Below, in pieces: positions 43,286-60,468 of a DNA stretch of 64,000 nt. The notes beneath the pieces were generated by a model. The model was given only the letters and a program-made list of their open reading frames with translations. It searched no databases and was not told where the DNA came from. Positions within the stretch are counted from its first letter, which is position 1. The number at the start of each line of letters is the position of its first letter. Origin of the DNA: Amoebidium appalachense (Eukaryota; Protista; Ichthyosporea). Made by a program: the position numbers and the translations under genes. The stretch is taken from assembly GCA_963693365.1 (NCBI GenBank), contig CAVNZM010000010.1, forward strand, positions 6,945,794-7,009,793. The letters are read 5' to 3'.

Positions 43286-43770
43286 TTAAATGTTGGAGTA
43301 CTCGTGTGTGTTGTGTTGTCTGTTTTCTTTCGATGAATTCAAACGGTCCCAGTGTACTTCATATACAAAACCACCCCGTACTTTCAAAGTCTGGTCGATA
43401 TTTTGAGCATTTACAATATGTGGTTGATTAGTATGTTCTGCTCTAGGAAATGGACTCTCAGAATCCATGAAGTCTGTTTTTCTTTCTACTTATGAGTGCG
43501 TTACGATGGTGTCTGCAGGGAGAAGTAGACTCTCAGAGTCCAGGGAATGTTTTACCTTCTTCATATGAGTACATTTTGATGGTGTCTTGCAGGGGGGATT
43601 AGACTCTCAGAGTCCCCTGACCATGATTTTATATTCCATAGACGTTCGTTCTGAGTCCGTTATCCATTTCTCTTCTGCTTGTCCCAATCTCCAGACACAT
43701 GTTTTCCCTTCTTATTTTCAGGTGTTGGTTCGTGAAATTTGGCACACTGCATGGTCTTCCTGGTAACCCT
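43286..43770 (-). pseudogene. decayed ORF with three ~75-nt repeats (DSES...) and a chromodomain-like segment
   Basis: NIDQTLKVRGGFVYEVHWDRL...HNTHEYSNI resembles chromo Y.VKW...NTWE; in-frame stops nearby. Confidence 0.35.
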
Positions 43771-44180
43771 GTAAGCACAAATAGGCGCGCGGCAAGCATG
43801 TAAGCATGTGTTAGCTCATGTATGATCTATCGAAAACGGTAAACCACAGGCCTGTCTGCCGATTTTGCTTGTATCTAAGCCGGCTAGAATAATTCTCCGG
43901 TTCCCTGTGTACATATATGAAATCGGTCCATTTAATAAGATTGGAAGGCAGGTGTGTTCTGCCGGCAGTGCCGGCAGGGTTTTGGTTTAAACCTGAGATG
44001 AGCTATAATGACGGCGTTCGACTGGTGTTTCCTTCCCTTCCCTTCCCTTTGCATCTTGCCTCCGTGTTTGCCGATTGCCTTTTGACATCAGTAAATCATT
44101 CCCATTTCATGGGAAGTTGCACCTACCGGTCCTAGCATTTTACTATACAGACAACTATATATATAGGCTGTTGTGGATTA

Positions 44181-44221
44181 CCCAACATTGTAAAGTTTAC
44201 AATTTCTCCCATTATGTGTTA
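44181..44221. repeat. ~40-bp inverted repeat, copy 2 (partner 23437-23476)
   Basis: See copy 1; internal dyad TGTAAA-G-TTTACA. Confidence 0.85.
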
Positions 44222-45445
44222 GATGTCCAATAATCCAAATCGTGGTGATTGGACATTTATCACGTACTCGGATAGTTCCAATGCGGCGATTGGTCTGCTA
44301 TGGCATAAACTCTATCTTGCTGCGTTGCTTCGTCCAACACTGATGCTACTAGGTGCGCATGCCCATATTTCATTGACATAAAAAATAACAAACTTAAAAG
44401 TAAATATACAAGCTGAATGTGTTATTAGAACAACCGTGGAGATTTCAACGACCTGTATGTTGTTTGGTTTGCGTGCGTTGCAAATATCATTGGTGATCTG
44501 TCATGCATACATGTGGCCACTCTAGGCAGCGCGCGCACTTCGTAAACATGGGAATCCACTGGCATAGCCTACCTAATCGTTCGGTCCTTATATAAGTGTC
44601 AATAAATGTGGACAGTGTAAAAAATACAAAAAAACAATAAAAAATGCAGAAGAGTTCAACTATTAATATTCCAATAGTATCATATTAATTGCTCATTCTC
44701 CCTGCGGCCACTCGATAAGCTCAATGTCAGGTCCACACCTTCCCATCCGATAGACCCACATACCTGAGCGCGGCAGGGAAAACAGGTGCAAGTCAAAAGT
44801 TGGTTATTTTCTTTCGTAATGGACGTTAGAAATTACTAGAAAATTTGCACTGTAAATTGTCTGGTAATTTAATATTTATGTTCATTTCATTGATCTCTTA
44901 TGCTGAGTTTTCCACGTCTGCTTCTTATAACTTCTGCCTCAGCGCGAGTTAAAACAGGAAAGACGGATGGTGATCCCCACATACAACGTACTGTAATAGT
45001 AGAATTATGGGTGCTGACAAATTTCAAGCGGATAAAAGATGTCGTCGACACAAAGCAAGAAAAAAAATGCCTCTACTTGAAACTAAGGCTTTTTATAAAC
45101 ACTTAAAATGTGAGAATATCGGGTTTCTGCAGAATGTTTTGCTGTAATTGTATTGTCATTTTATGGCCAAGAAGTCTTGATGACCAGGGTCCAACCTCAG
45201 CAAATTGCAGGAGGTGTGGGGGGAAAACATATCATATGTTTTCGCCGTCTGTGATTGGGTTACGCGTTTGATTGGCTTCAGCTTATGCGATGATCAACCA
45301 ATTAAACTTTTTTCATGGGCAAAGGATTGCAATCCATTTCCCAACCGGAACTGCAACAGAAACCCCACATAACACATCTTTGTGGTCCATATGACCACAT
45401 ATCGTCATCGCTCTGTCTCGCGCTTACGCCTTCCACGTCTCCACC

Positions 45446-48400
45446 ATGCCAAAGACCGCGAAAATGGGCGCCACAACGACCAAGCTTCCCAAGCGCAAAA
45501 AGGTTGAGACGCCGTTCGACGACTCGGACTGCAGCGAGCCCGTGGCCGCCAGCAAGGGCGGCAAGGGCGGCAAGGGCGGCAAGGATAGCAAGGCCGGGGG
45601 TAGGGGCAGGGAGAATCCCAGCAAGGCTGAAAGCCCTACTGGGCAGTCAGTCGGCATTCTCCTCAAAGGCATCACCTCAGTTACGGCCCCGGCCGCCCTC
45701 GCCATGCTGCAGCCGAAGAGGAAAGGTGGGTTGTGTTTGTGTTTTACACCCCCTGCTGCATAAATAGTCGTTACGCGTGTGCTCGTTGTCAGATTCACCT
45801 AGGCTTTCTCACTGTAACATCAAAAACTTTTAAAATCTTCAAACATAAAAACAACATTGCGCTTCGTCTTTCATGGATAGGGAAAAGGCTTTAAAGGCAC
45901 TTCGTGCCCTGCACAGTGCTGAAGAGAAACGGGAGGGCTGTTGTTTATTAGAGGGGTTTGCACCTCCTGTTCCTTTTCGTGATGCGATGGAACAGTTTTC
46001 GACCAAAGAGATAAAAGAGCAAGCGTGTAGGCAAACAGTAACTCGCGTGTCCGAGTCATGGTGCGAGATAAGCCGGGAGCCTGTCAGCGTGGACCTTTCC
46101 AAGTGTCAAACGTTGCCTCAAGATGTTAGTGGTTTGGGTGAAATGAGCAGTGAGCAGATAGCGCAGTTGTTTGAGGAAAACCTCGAAGGTGTTGGTGGTG
46201 TCTATGCATCCGATGTCGAGGTGGATGGTGATCAAATATTCGACGAACGCGTTTTCAATGTAACTGCAATCAGTGACTTCACGCCGTTGGGAAGAAATCA
46301 TTTCGGGGAAACAATGCCAGGAATCAATGTTGCCATGTTGTACGTGCAGTTGTCTGTCTTGGGTTTAACAGTGTTTGGTGCACACATTGAAGATGCCGCG
46401 CTGGCCTCAGCAAGCCTTCTTTTGTGGGGCATTAAGGTGTGGTTTATCCACCCTCCCTCCCAGTACAAACGGCTCTTACAGCTGGCCCGCAACGAATTGC
46501 CAGGCTCGTGCAGAAACCCACTTCAGCACAAAAATTATATCCCTCGGTCTCCGCGTTACCTTGCATCCATAGGGTTGGCACCTGTCATAGTCGTACAGCG
46601 CGCCGGCGACTTGGTACAAACCACACCTGGAGCGCTTCACTATGGCTTTCAGGTTGGCCCGAACATTGCGCTAGCAGTGAACACCGCAACTTTTCTCTGG
46701 ATCGACCAGCTTGCGCTGTATCCCACGTGCGAGTGTCGGGAACACTTCTTGCCTAGTGTGGAGAACATGATAGCGGGATTCCAGTCAGTTACACAGGAAA
46801 ACATACCCGTTGCTATTGGTCAAACCCCCCCCCCCCCCCCCCCCCGCACTCACCCACCCACACTCCCCGTTGTATTTGTACTTTTGTTCTGTTGACTGCA
46901 TTCAACCCTCCCCCCCCCCCCCCCCCCTCCCCCTCCGTTTATATACTCTCCCTTCACCCACTCCACTCTTTCTAAACACACCTGCTGCTAGTGTGGTTTA
47001 CTCGCTCCGAGTCCCCCCACTCGCCTGTCCACGTCAACTAGTTCTTTTGTGTTTTCGAAACCTCTGCCTTCACCCACGATATGTTGATGGGGATATCCAT
47101 ACGATCTAAGATCATTTTTGGTGTAGAAATGGTTGGGAAAGGGGGGGATTCGGTGGTGTTTTGGGTCATATGATGACCTCCAATAGTTATCTGGATCATG
47201 CCGGAAAATACTATCTGTTGACACCAGGGTTGCCCTGTTTCCGCACTTCTGTTAGTTTTCTACGATTCCAACAATTGTACTAACATTAGTCCTACTATTC
47301 TTCAGTCACAGAAGTCCAGGAAGATGACGAGAACAACTTCAACGACGAGGATGAATGCCCCTACAACCGCGAGGATCAGCTCGAGGTCCTTTTTTACACA
47401 CTGGTGTTGTCGGGCAAGCACCCAACCTACACCTCCCAGAGGATGCGAAAGCTCATCCGCTCCTACAGTCGCGCCGCCATGAGGGAGCAGTTGCGCGCCC
47501 TCCTGGGCAAGGAGGCGAGACTGCCAGTGCTTGATGATCCAGAGCCGCCTCCGTCTCCATCTGGGCCTGGGCTGGGCCGCACCCCTACCACCCCTTCCCG
47601 TCGCCCAACCCCCTCCCCCTCCAAGAAACGCCCCGAGACATTATCCTTTCAGAAGACCACCCAGTTCCTGGTAGGCAACCTATCCCTCCCTTGGTTTCGT
47701 TTTGATTTTGTTTCTCTTACCTATTGTAGTAGTTATGTTTCAAACAACCCTCCCCCCACCAATCTCTGTGATCAAAGCTCATCCTTGTGGAGGAATTGTT
47801 GCCATCCCACCACCTCATGCTGCCACCTCCTAATGCATTCATCCCCCCCTACCCGCACTAAACCCATCCCTACTACATCCACACCCTTATTCTGTCTAAG
47901 TGGATAAACTGAAGGAACTATTCAAACTTGGTCATTTCAAAGCAACTGCTACAGCACGTTTCCAGCATGGAGGATTTATAGCTCCATCAAGATTTATTCA
48001 CATCGTCATTCTTGTTTTCTAACATTTTCCATCACCGTCAGAATGACTATGTGGAAAAGTCCTCCAAGACCCACAACATCTACCAGCACCTTGTGCTGGA
48101 GTCACCCCAGATCAACAACGCCCACGATGGGGACCTGGCTGGAAAGTTCGTTGAGGTTCTTCAGAAAGTCGAGACGTCCAGCGCGAAGCTGAATCAGGAG
48201 GCCGTGGCCAAGTGGGTCCACATCATCCGCAACTGTGTGCGTAGCGATCCCGCACAGAAGTGTGTACTCTGTCGACCCTGAAACGGGCAACCCGTTCGGG
48301 TACCAGCCGTTTTCCCGCCTGTTCAGCAGCATCTCATTGAAGGCTGTGCGGCTTGTCCTTGGCAACAAGACTGCCTTGGTATGTAATGTCCCCAACAAAT

Positions 48401-49140
48401 CACTTTCAACACATTCTGAGTCTAGACTACATCAAAGGCCCCCCCCCCCCCCCCCCCCTTCCCTCCTGCCCACCACCCACTCACACATACTCGCTCTTCA
48501 ACCAACACACGTGTGTACACACACATACACACACACACACTCCCTTTCACCCTTCCACGTTCTCCTCTGATCACCGGTTTAACTTCCCAAATAACTTGCT
48601 TTCATCGTATATATTTACTTGCATAACGCTTTCTTCCCCCCCCCCCCCCCCCCCCCCCCGCTCCCCTCCACCATGAACATTCCACGAATCGAATCGAAAA
48701 AAAATTGATGCATATTCCTAGGTCTGCAAATGCTTGGAATATTTCAAGAATAAAGACAGTTTTAAGCATCATCATAGAGAATTACGGTCACATTCTTACA
48801 TCATGAAGGGCCATAATGTTGTCGTCATATGATCCTAATGACATCCATTGGATGTCAGTAAGACCATATGACGACAACATTATCTGTCTCTTCTCTTCTC
48901 TTCCTTATGTGTATTCCTTCCGAACTTTACCTCTTTTGAAAACAGATCACTAAAGAAGCACTGGGCAGGATATCGCCAGAGACCACAGGGCATTCTTCCG
49001 GCTGGTCGTCAACTGCTTCGAGGTGTCGCTGCGAGACCCCAACCAACACAAGCTCATCAACAAGTGGACCCCCGTGAAATTCGAATGTGACGACCCCAAC
49101 TATGACGGTGCTGCGGCCGAAGGCAACATCAAGTTGGTGG

Positions 49141-49184
<44 letters not shown>

Positions 49185-49975
49185 TTTTGGCTAGGCAATA
49201 GGATGCTGACACTTGAGCTGTGGGGTGTTTCATCATGGCTCACGAGACTTACGCTAAGTTCATTATAATTCCTACCCCCCCCCCCCCCCCTTATGGTGTG
49301 ATTATGGCTGACTACACTATAGCGTGCCGACACTCGAGCTAGTTAGCATTTAGTTTGTTCTGTTTTATAAAAGACTTCTTTGTTCACATCTGCAAACCCC
49401 CCCCCCCCCCCCCCCCCCATAAAAAAAAAAAACACAAACAACACAATCACATCGTTGGAAAAAGTTTTCTAGACTGACTTCTGTAAAGCATCTGACTCTG
49501 TGCCCGCCATTACCTGCAGTACATCTCAAACTACGACAACTACGTGAAGGACCAGATGGTGACAGCCGAGCGGGAGGCCGGGGAGGAGTTGCGCAGGCAG
49601 CAGGAGGAGGCCGATGCGGAGAGGGAGGCAGAGGCACTGGCGGAGCGGGAGCGGGAGGAGCAGGCCGCTAAGGAGGCCGCGTCTCTGCACAAGGAGGCCC
49701 CAGACCCCAAGGTGGACCAACGTGAAAACGAGACGGACGCGGCCAAGGTCGGCAAGGAGGGCGAGGATGTCGCTGTGGGCGGCACGGAGGGTGACAGCGA
49801 GGCCGTGCAGCAGGTGGAGGGGGTGGAGGAGGAGGCGGCTGAGTTTCAAGGTGAGGACTCTCCGGCTGAGTTCAACGAGGCTGAGGGAGAGACCCCCCTT
49901 ACCAGGTCGGCGATGAAGAGAAGGCGCCAACAGGGTCATGCCAGCCCCCACAAAAAGCCCAAATTCACCCCTTAG
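45446..49975 (+). CDS. KDM4-like JmjC histone demethylase gene, about 6 exons (frameshifts near 48240 and ~48960)
   Basis: Exons 45446-45725, 45952(or 45880)-46818, 47312-47670, 48042-48378, 48946-49135, 49519-49975. JmjC motifs PGINVAMLY, FGAHIEDAALAS, GIKVWF, LQHK, VQRAGDLVQTTPGALHYGF..GPNIALAVN, CEC; HxE...H triad and 2OG-binding Lys intact. Confidence 0.88.
48813..48883. repeat. 71-bp near-perfect palindrome in a JmjC-gene intron
   Basis: ATAATGTTGTCGTCATATG...TGACATCCA-T-TGGATGTCA...CATATGACGACAACATTAT. Confidence 0.9.
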
Positions 49976-51151
49976 CCCCCCCCTCCCCCCCCCCCTCCCC
50001 CTTCCCCCCAAGAAATGTACTGCCCCTTTTTTGTAGGGGATTATTTTGGATTTTATTTTGCAAGTTTGTTTACTTTGTTTAGTTTGTTTTTTTCTCATAA
50101 ATTTATAGTGTTTCTTTTCTTGAATTTTAATGTTTTGAATAGTTGAGACAGTAGAGGGGTGTCCCAGTGGGACATCCCGTAGATGTAAAGAGTGGAGACA
50201 CGTCCCATTGGGACGTGTCATTAGAAATTAAAGATTGTTCAGCACGGTCAACGACACTTCACTGTGCAGCCACGGGGAGGAAAGGGAAGGGGGGGGGGGG
50301 GGGGGGGGGGGGAACTGGGGGGAACTGACATCATCTTGGCATCAACCGGGGCACAAAATGATGCTTTAATATAGATTTTTGGACGATTAGAATACAGTAT
50401 AATGATCATATTAAATTGCTTGTAGTGATCGTTTTGTCGACTTATTATGCTGCACAAGTTGTCACAAAGTAAACATAAAGGTGACATGTGTATGTCGTGA
50501 ATCGGTGTGCATGAAATAAAGATCATGTAGAGTGATCCAAAAGGTATCTTTGTATGGTCGGCAACAGATCCGTTTGATGACATAAAGGCATCGTGAAATA
50601 GGGATTCCGATGCCCCGAGATACTGTAAAGGCAACATTTAGTTCTCCTTATGTGCCTTTTTAGATGCAGAAAAGTCAACATGAAGACCTCTAAATCACCT
50701 CTCGTTGCAATAAGGTAATGTACATGATGTCCCTTTAACGATATCGTTTAGATGTCTGTTTGTTGCCTTAATTTCTTATTTAAGCTCTTTAAAGTGGCCT
50801 TAAAGATGACATAAAAGGGTCTTGATGTGCAGGATCTTACGATACCTATATTTTAGGGGTAGAAAAGGTGGGGATTGGGGGGGGTTACGGATGGGTAGTG
50901 GTTAGGTTTAGGTGTAGAAAACGATGTCAGGAAAAATGTATATAAAGATGTCAGGAAATTTCCAGACATCTTTATGATAAATTGAAAGTCGTCTTTAAAT
51001 GGTCCGAAAATATCCTGACATCTTTTCGATGGGATATGGGGTAGATAGGGTTAAAGGGTGGGATGTAGATGACTTTGATTAGATGCTGACGTCTTAGATG
51101 GCTTATGGATGGATTCGACAAGATTGCTGATGTCCTTGTTTGTATGAGTTG

Positions 51152-51185
<34 letters not shown>

Positions 51186-51378
51186 CTTTTTTGGTTTGGT
51201 CCCCTTGAAAAAAATTAGTATGTTTTTATTATTATTTGAATCAATTACGTATTGATTTCCTCTATATTTACTTATTTAGCGGGTTGGGGAAGAGGGGAGG
51301 GGGGGGGGTGGGGGGGGGGGGGGGGGAGGGGGGACTTGATGTACTAAATGCTAGACTTTCAAGTATTGATTTAGATTT

Positions 51379-51511
<133 letters not shown>

Positions 51512-51807
51512 CACACACACACACACATTATGATAGGCTTTCACGCTTTCAGCTTCTTTTTTTTTTTTTTTTTTTTTCAAAGTTTTTTTTTTTTTTTTTT
51601 TTTTTTTCCGAATTTCCCTTTTTTTTTTTTCACCATCTCAAAAAGGAACTAGTATAAGTATTCTTTGTTTATTCATTCATTTGATCAATTTATTATTTGT
51701 TTGCTACTATATAGCTATATTTATGTCATTTAGCGGTTTGCGGATTCCCCGCCCGATGGAGAGGCCCAGTGTGGCCTCCTGGGCGGGCGGGAGGGCGGGC
51801 GGGCGGG

Positions 51808-51842
<35 letters not shown>

Positions 51843-53393
51843 AACATAATCGAGACGGGCTCTGGGAGCCTATTTTTAGATATTAATTAAAATTTAACAT
51901 AACGACCTCGACCCTTGTCGGGGCGGTATGTTATGCGCGGACGCATACTGTACTTTAACCAACCATCTGCTGTAGATTGCGCAATCAGTAACTTTGTCTA
52001 GTGACTGTCGCCTGCGGCAACATACAAGGTATTTGAGCCGGGCCGCAGCCTGAGGGAGACAGCACTCAAAGTGACTAGTAGTACGAGCCCCGTACGATAT
52101 GTACCAGGTGGCACGGACTCCAGTCTCCGTAGAGTCGGAGTCTTCTCTCTCGACCAGACACCACACTCCTCGCCCAGACTCCCCGAAGCACGTATACAGC
52201 TACATATATGCTGAAACGTGACTCGGACTCGAGGCCCGGAGCCCATGTGGTGCTTTGAGGTATTGTGCCGCCCTAACGTTATAACAACGGCTGCCAGCAG
52301 CGCTGCTCTATTAGGCGTGCTGCAGACTGTCCAGGGAAGAGCCGGGCCACGACTAGAGCCCGCCCGCGGCATCCGCGCATGCAGTGCATTTTCACGGCTT
52401 GTACTCAAGCTTGGAAAGTTGCTTTAGCTTGTGTCACTACAAAAAAGACGTGCCCGCCGGGATCCCCGCGCGCGACTTCGACGTGACAGTAAAGCTGTGT
52501 GCGTGTGTGTGCACGCGACGCCGTGCGTACGCGTGTACGTACGCGTGTGCGTGTATGCATGTGCATGCGCACACACATGCACACTGCGCATGCATGCACA
52601 TCTACTTGCACTAAATAATTAATTTAGTGTTGCGTGCGCTTACCGCAGTGGCGTGTGTACATACACACACTCACCAAACTTTTTGAGTAAGGATGGAACA
52701 CAGACTCAAAGCCGGCAACTCAGTTTGGCAGTGTACACGTACACAGGCGGCTCAGAACGTGACTCCATGATCTAGATGCTCTCCAGATAAACCAATCATC
52801 TAACACGCCTCAACTCAAGTCCAATCAGGTCTTAGATTCCCACATTCCTTAGATCTGAACAAGAAAAGCGCTCAGCTGAGTTACAACCTACCCCCATGTG
52901 AGTTCTTTTTTTTTATACATATGAATGTTCGTTTTGCGCATCATCAGAATAGAAACACATAAAAAAAACGTATTGTACATTTGCTGTACACGAAATTTTG
53001 CATGCTCATCGAGAGTCGATTCAGCCTTGTTCGCACCGCGCATTCCTGTTTACCCATTTCCAAAGGCATCCATCAAGAATAAAATCCCTGCCGGCCGGCC
53101 AACTTCAAGCTTTTTGTGGGAGCCGCCGAGCCGCTCCCCCGCACTGCCACACAAACACACAGGCACGTGTAAAACGCTTTTCTTCTAAACCCTTCACCTG
53201 TGTATGAGGCACAAAGAGTAAACTAGTCGACTCTTGCTGCAGCTAACGGTCTAATTGTGTAGTACAAAAAGGGGCACACGCGTATCATCCTTGAGACATC
53301 TCTGCTACTTCTATGCTCATGGTACCAAAGATTTACAAATTGAAAACCGTACACCCTTCCCTGCGAGTTAGTTTTTAGTTAGTAACTTGCAAC

Positions 53394-56392
<2,999 letters not shown>

Positions 56393-56578
56393 ATGTAGCC
56401 TCTTTTGGGCATTTTTTAGATCGCCACGGTGGGCGGAGGGAGGGAAATTGAGGCGACAGAGCAGGCTCTTTCGATGTGTTTTGGCCGGTCCAAGCATACA
56501 CAAGAAGCTAAGTGTGTATATGTCTGTATTTTATTCACTTTTTTTTTTTTTGGTGGTGGTGGTAGTCTTGCGGGGTGT

Positions 56579-56675
<97 letters not shown>

Positions 56676-56733
56676 AAATGTTTGTTGTTTGGTTTTTGTT
56701 TTTTTTGTTTTGGTTGTATTAGAGGTTGCAGCA

Positions 56734-56767
<34 letters not shown>

Positions 56768-57056
56768 GGGGGGGAGGGGGGAGGGGGGGGGGGGGGGGGT
56801 CTACTAATAAATGTCCTTTTAGACTACCGTAGACATACCAATAGATAACACCCACAGTGCACGGGAAAAAAATCCGGAAATAGATCATCGGTATCTGTCT
56901 GACGGTGCTGCAGATTATATATATTAAGGATCATATTGTATAGTAACTGGCTGTGCATACATGGCGCCACGACGCATAAAATGGTATTTGGCATAAGATG
57001 TATCCCGGGTCCCCCTTCCCCCCCTCCCCCCCTCTCTCTCTCTCTCTCCTCCCCCC

Positions 57057-57089
<33 letters not shown>

Positions 57090-57235
57090 CCTCCCTCCCT
57101 CCCTCCCTCCCTCCCTCCCTCCCTCCCTCCCTCCCTCCCTCCCTCCCTCCCTCCCTCCCTCCCTCCCTCCCTCCCTCCCTCCCTCCCTCCCTCCCTCCCT
57201 CCCTCCCTCCCTCCCTCCCTCCCTCCCTCTTCTCT

Positions 57236-57327
<92 letters not shown>

Positions 57328-58166
57328 GATCTCGGGTAAATGCAATCATCCCGGGCAAGGGCACGACCCAAAAACCCAAAAGTTTCATACGGTATTTGCG
57401 TTTAATAGATCTGATCCCCAGTACGACCAAAGCTGATCATTCAGTTAGTCCATACAATACCCCCACTTCCAGATGTTGCCAACGCCAACTGGCTGGGCAA
57501 CTTCCTGAATAGCCATGACATGCATGAGGATGAACACATTTTCATAGAGCCATTCCTCTTGTTGCATCGACTTCATCTTGTGCACGAATCAAGACAATGT
57601 TGTTTCATTCATTTTCACGTCTCCCTTATTATTGAACCATGGTCAACGTGGTCAACTATTACACCTATGAAATACTTAAATGCATCCCATTCGTGCCTCA
57701 TTGTTTCACCTATCAAAAACAAGTCACAGAATCTCAGTAGAAAACAGATCATCATAACGTCTGGTGTATATATATGCACAGCTCCAAAGTTTTTGATAAG
57801 TCACTCGGAATTACACCAACAGCGAGGAATTTCAGACAGCATGCTTGCGCGAATTCCAAATTTAGGATGTTTCCATGTGCATATTTCAACTGCATGAAGT
57901 TCCCTCGAAGCCTTAGTTCGCAGCACCCGGCCCACCACTGGCACCCCATGTAAAAGCCCAGTATCACCGAACCCTGCAGTAATACGAGAATAAAAGACCA
58001 AATAAGTCCAGCCCTGCAGTGCATCAGATCAAAACGAGAATACGATATAGAATAAGTCCACTCCTGCAGTGCACTGCAGCAATACGAGAATGCGATAAGT
58101 AGAAACTTTTCACCAACCATATTTCATTCCACGCAAACACTTGTCACGACGCACTTCACCTTGTGC

Positions 58167-58595
58167 CTAATGTTCCTCGCCATTGTCGCTGCTGTCCACA
58201 TGATGTTCGTTTACCGGAGCCTGAGGCAGGTGGTGAAGTTCCTCCATCAGCTCCTTGATTCGCTCCTTGGGAAGCAGGTGCACTTTCTGCATGTGGTTTT
58301 TTAGAGCCTCCTTACGCTTGAAGAGCCCTCCACACGTTGGAACTGGGCACAGAATGGACTTGCTGGGCTGGTGTTTGATTTCATGTCTCTTCATATGCGC
58401 TCGCTCCGTGTGGGTGAACGTGCAGCCGGGGTGTGGGCATCTGATGATGAGGTTGGGGCAGTGTTCGCGGCGGTTGTGCTGCGTAAAGGTTGATTTAGCG
58501 GTGAAGGTTTTGGTGCAAATGGGGCATGTCTTGAAAAACCTGTGTCCATGATGCTGTAAGTTGATTGCAGTTATAACAGCAAAAAATTTCTGCAC
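58167..58595 (-). CDS. three C2H2 zinc fingers (last exon of the above gene)
   Basis: CPICTKTF...HNRREH; CPHPGCTF...HEIKH; CPVPTCGGLF...HMQKVH. Confidence 0.9.
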   Translation of the reverse strand: MQKFFAVITAINLQHHGHRFFKTCPICTKTFTAKSTFTQHNRREHCPNLIIRCPHPGCTFTHTERAHMKRHEIKHQPSKSILCPVPTCGGLFKRKEALKNHMQKVHLLPKERIKELMEELHHLPQAPVNEHHVDSSDNGEEH

Positions 58596-59264
58596 AAGCC
58601 TCTGGTAGTTCTGTTACTTTTGCTTGCATGCACCGTGCTCAAGTGCTTGCAAATTTGCGAAAGGTGCACGCACGTACACCTCCGGGGAAATACCTTCCTA
58701 GCACATAAACCATCCGTCACAGCGCCCCCCCCCCCCCCCCCCCATCTCTCAAAAAAAAAAAAATAATAATACATGATCTTCTCCCTTAATTTTCCCACTT
58801 CCATAAGTCAACACATTCAAGCCAGTTCCCCTCCCTCACTCCCCCCCCCCCCCCCAAAAAAAAAAAAAAAAAAAGAGCCCAAAATATTAATCCCAGGCTA
58901 CCCTACATCATCTTCCCTCTCGTACCCTCTTTTGCCCTCCCTCCACCTATTCCCCATCCCCGAACTCCCCATTACGCTACCTCACCCTCATCCCCCCCCC
59001 CCCCCCCATCTCCCACCTTCAACCCCACGTCCTCCCCCCCATGCCCCATGCCCCACCGCAACACCCACCTTGCAACCTCACCTCTTTCTCCACTACCTCC
59101 TTCCCTTATTCTCTCCATATCCACATCTTGCCCCCCCCCCCCCCTCCCCCCCCCCCCCCCCCTTCCCCCAAAAGAAGAAGGCAAAAAAAAAAAAAAAAAA
59201 AAAGAGAGAGAGAGAGAGAAAGATAAAGGGCCCCCCAATTGCCTATATTACTATCCCACACTAT

Positions 59265-59309
<45 letters not shown>

Positions 59310-59472
59310 CCCTCCCCCCCCCCCCCCCCCCTCCCCCCCAAACCCCTTCTAAATACTCGCTGCAACCTTCCTACCCCACATATCCCTCACTCCCCGTCAT
59401 TCCCACTTTTCCAACCAACCCCATTCCCCCGCCCTCCCGTTCTCCTCCCCATTTCTCACTCCCCCATGCTAG

Positions 59473-59506
<34 letters not shown>

Positions 59507-59558
59507 AACACCCCCGTCCCCCCCTCCTCCCCCACCCCCCCAAAAAAAGATGGTTGCC

Positions 59559-59611
<53 letters not shown>

Positions 59612-60433
59612 AAAAAACAAAAAACAAAACGCTCCCACCTTCCTAACCCCTCCCCCCTTTCCACCAATCCATCACACATCACCCTCACCTGCCCTCTCTC
59701 TTCGACTCTCTGTCCTTATCCACATCCCCCCCTCCCCCCCCCCCCCCCCCCTCTCTCCCGGAGAACCGCACCGCGTCCATGGCCCAGTCAGACTCCTTCT
59801 TCAGGTGCAGGTCCATCCACTCACGCAGCTGCACCTCGCTGTAGCGGGTCATGTCCTCGTAGCGCAGCCGCCTTGCCTTGGTGGGAACAAGGGGCTCGGC
59901 TTGGGACGAGTTGGTGTCGGGGTCCAGAAGGTCCAAGTTCACTGGCCACGAGGCCAGCAGCAATAGAGTCCCAATTTTCTCCCCTGCCCCGGCACTGCCC
60001 ACGATGTCCCACACCCAGTCTTGCAAGTTCATGGGGTTGATGCCGGGTGCACGAGGCTTGGCTGGGAAGAAGATGCCGGGCTCACCGCTGCCGTCCAACT
60101 TTTCAAAGCGGGGATGCATGTTGTGCACGTACACGTTTTGGCCATCAATGTTGGGCCTAAACCACAGTTCAAGATCATAAATCTCGTAGTGAGTGTAGTT
60201 GATCAGCAGCGACAGGGTCGAGATGGCCTGAAGAAACACATTGTCCACCGGTGACTGGTTTTTGGACGGGTAGTCGTGCATTCGCGGAGGGAACACCGAA
60301 CAGCCGATGGGATTGGCCGTTGCCGGGTTGCTGAAGATGTTGCGTATTTGGTGGGGGTCAAATGCCCGGGCCACGGGTATAAGTCGGTCGTTCACATGGA
60401 CGAACGTTACACCAAAGTTTGGTACCTGCAGTG

Positions 60434-60468
<35 letters not shown>

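Noticed and set aside
51894-52430. GC-rich ORF-like segment
   Set aside because: No recognisable motif or splice model in any frame.
57430-58120. Possible gene remnant on the minus strand
   Set aside because: Multiple stops in the frames I translated and no identifiable domain.
58630-58690. SWIM-finger-like CTCVHLSQICKH suggesting a MULE transposase
   Set aside because: Out of frame with the spliced model; the alternative frame continues into the C2H2 exon.
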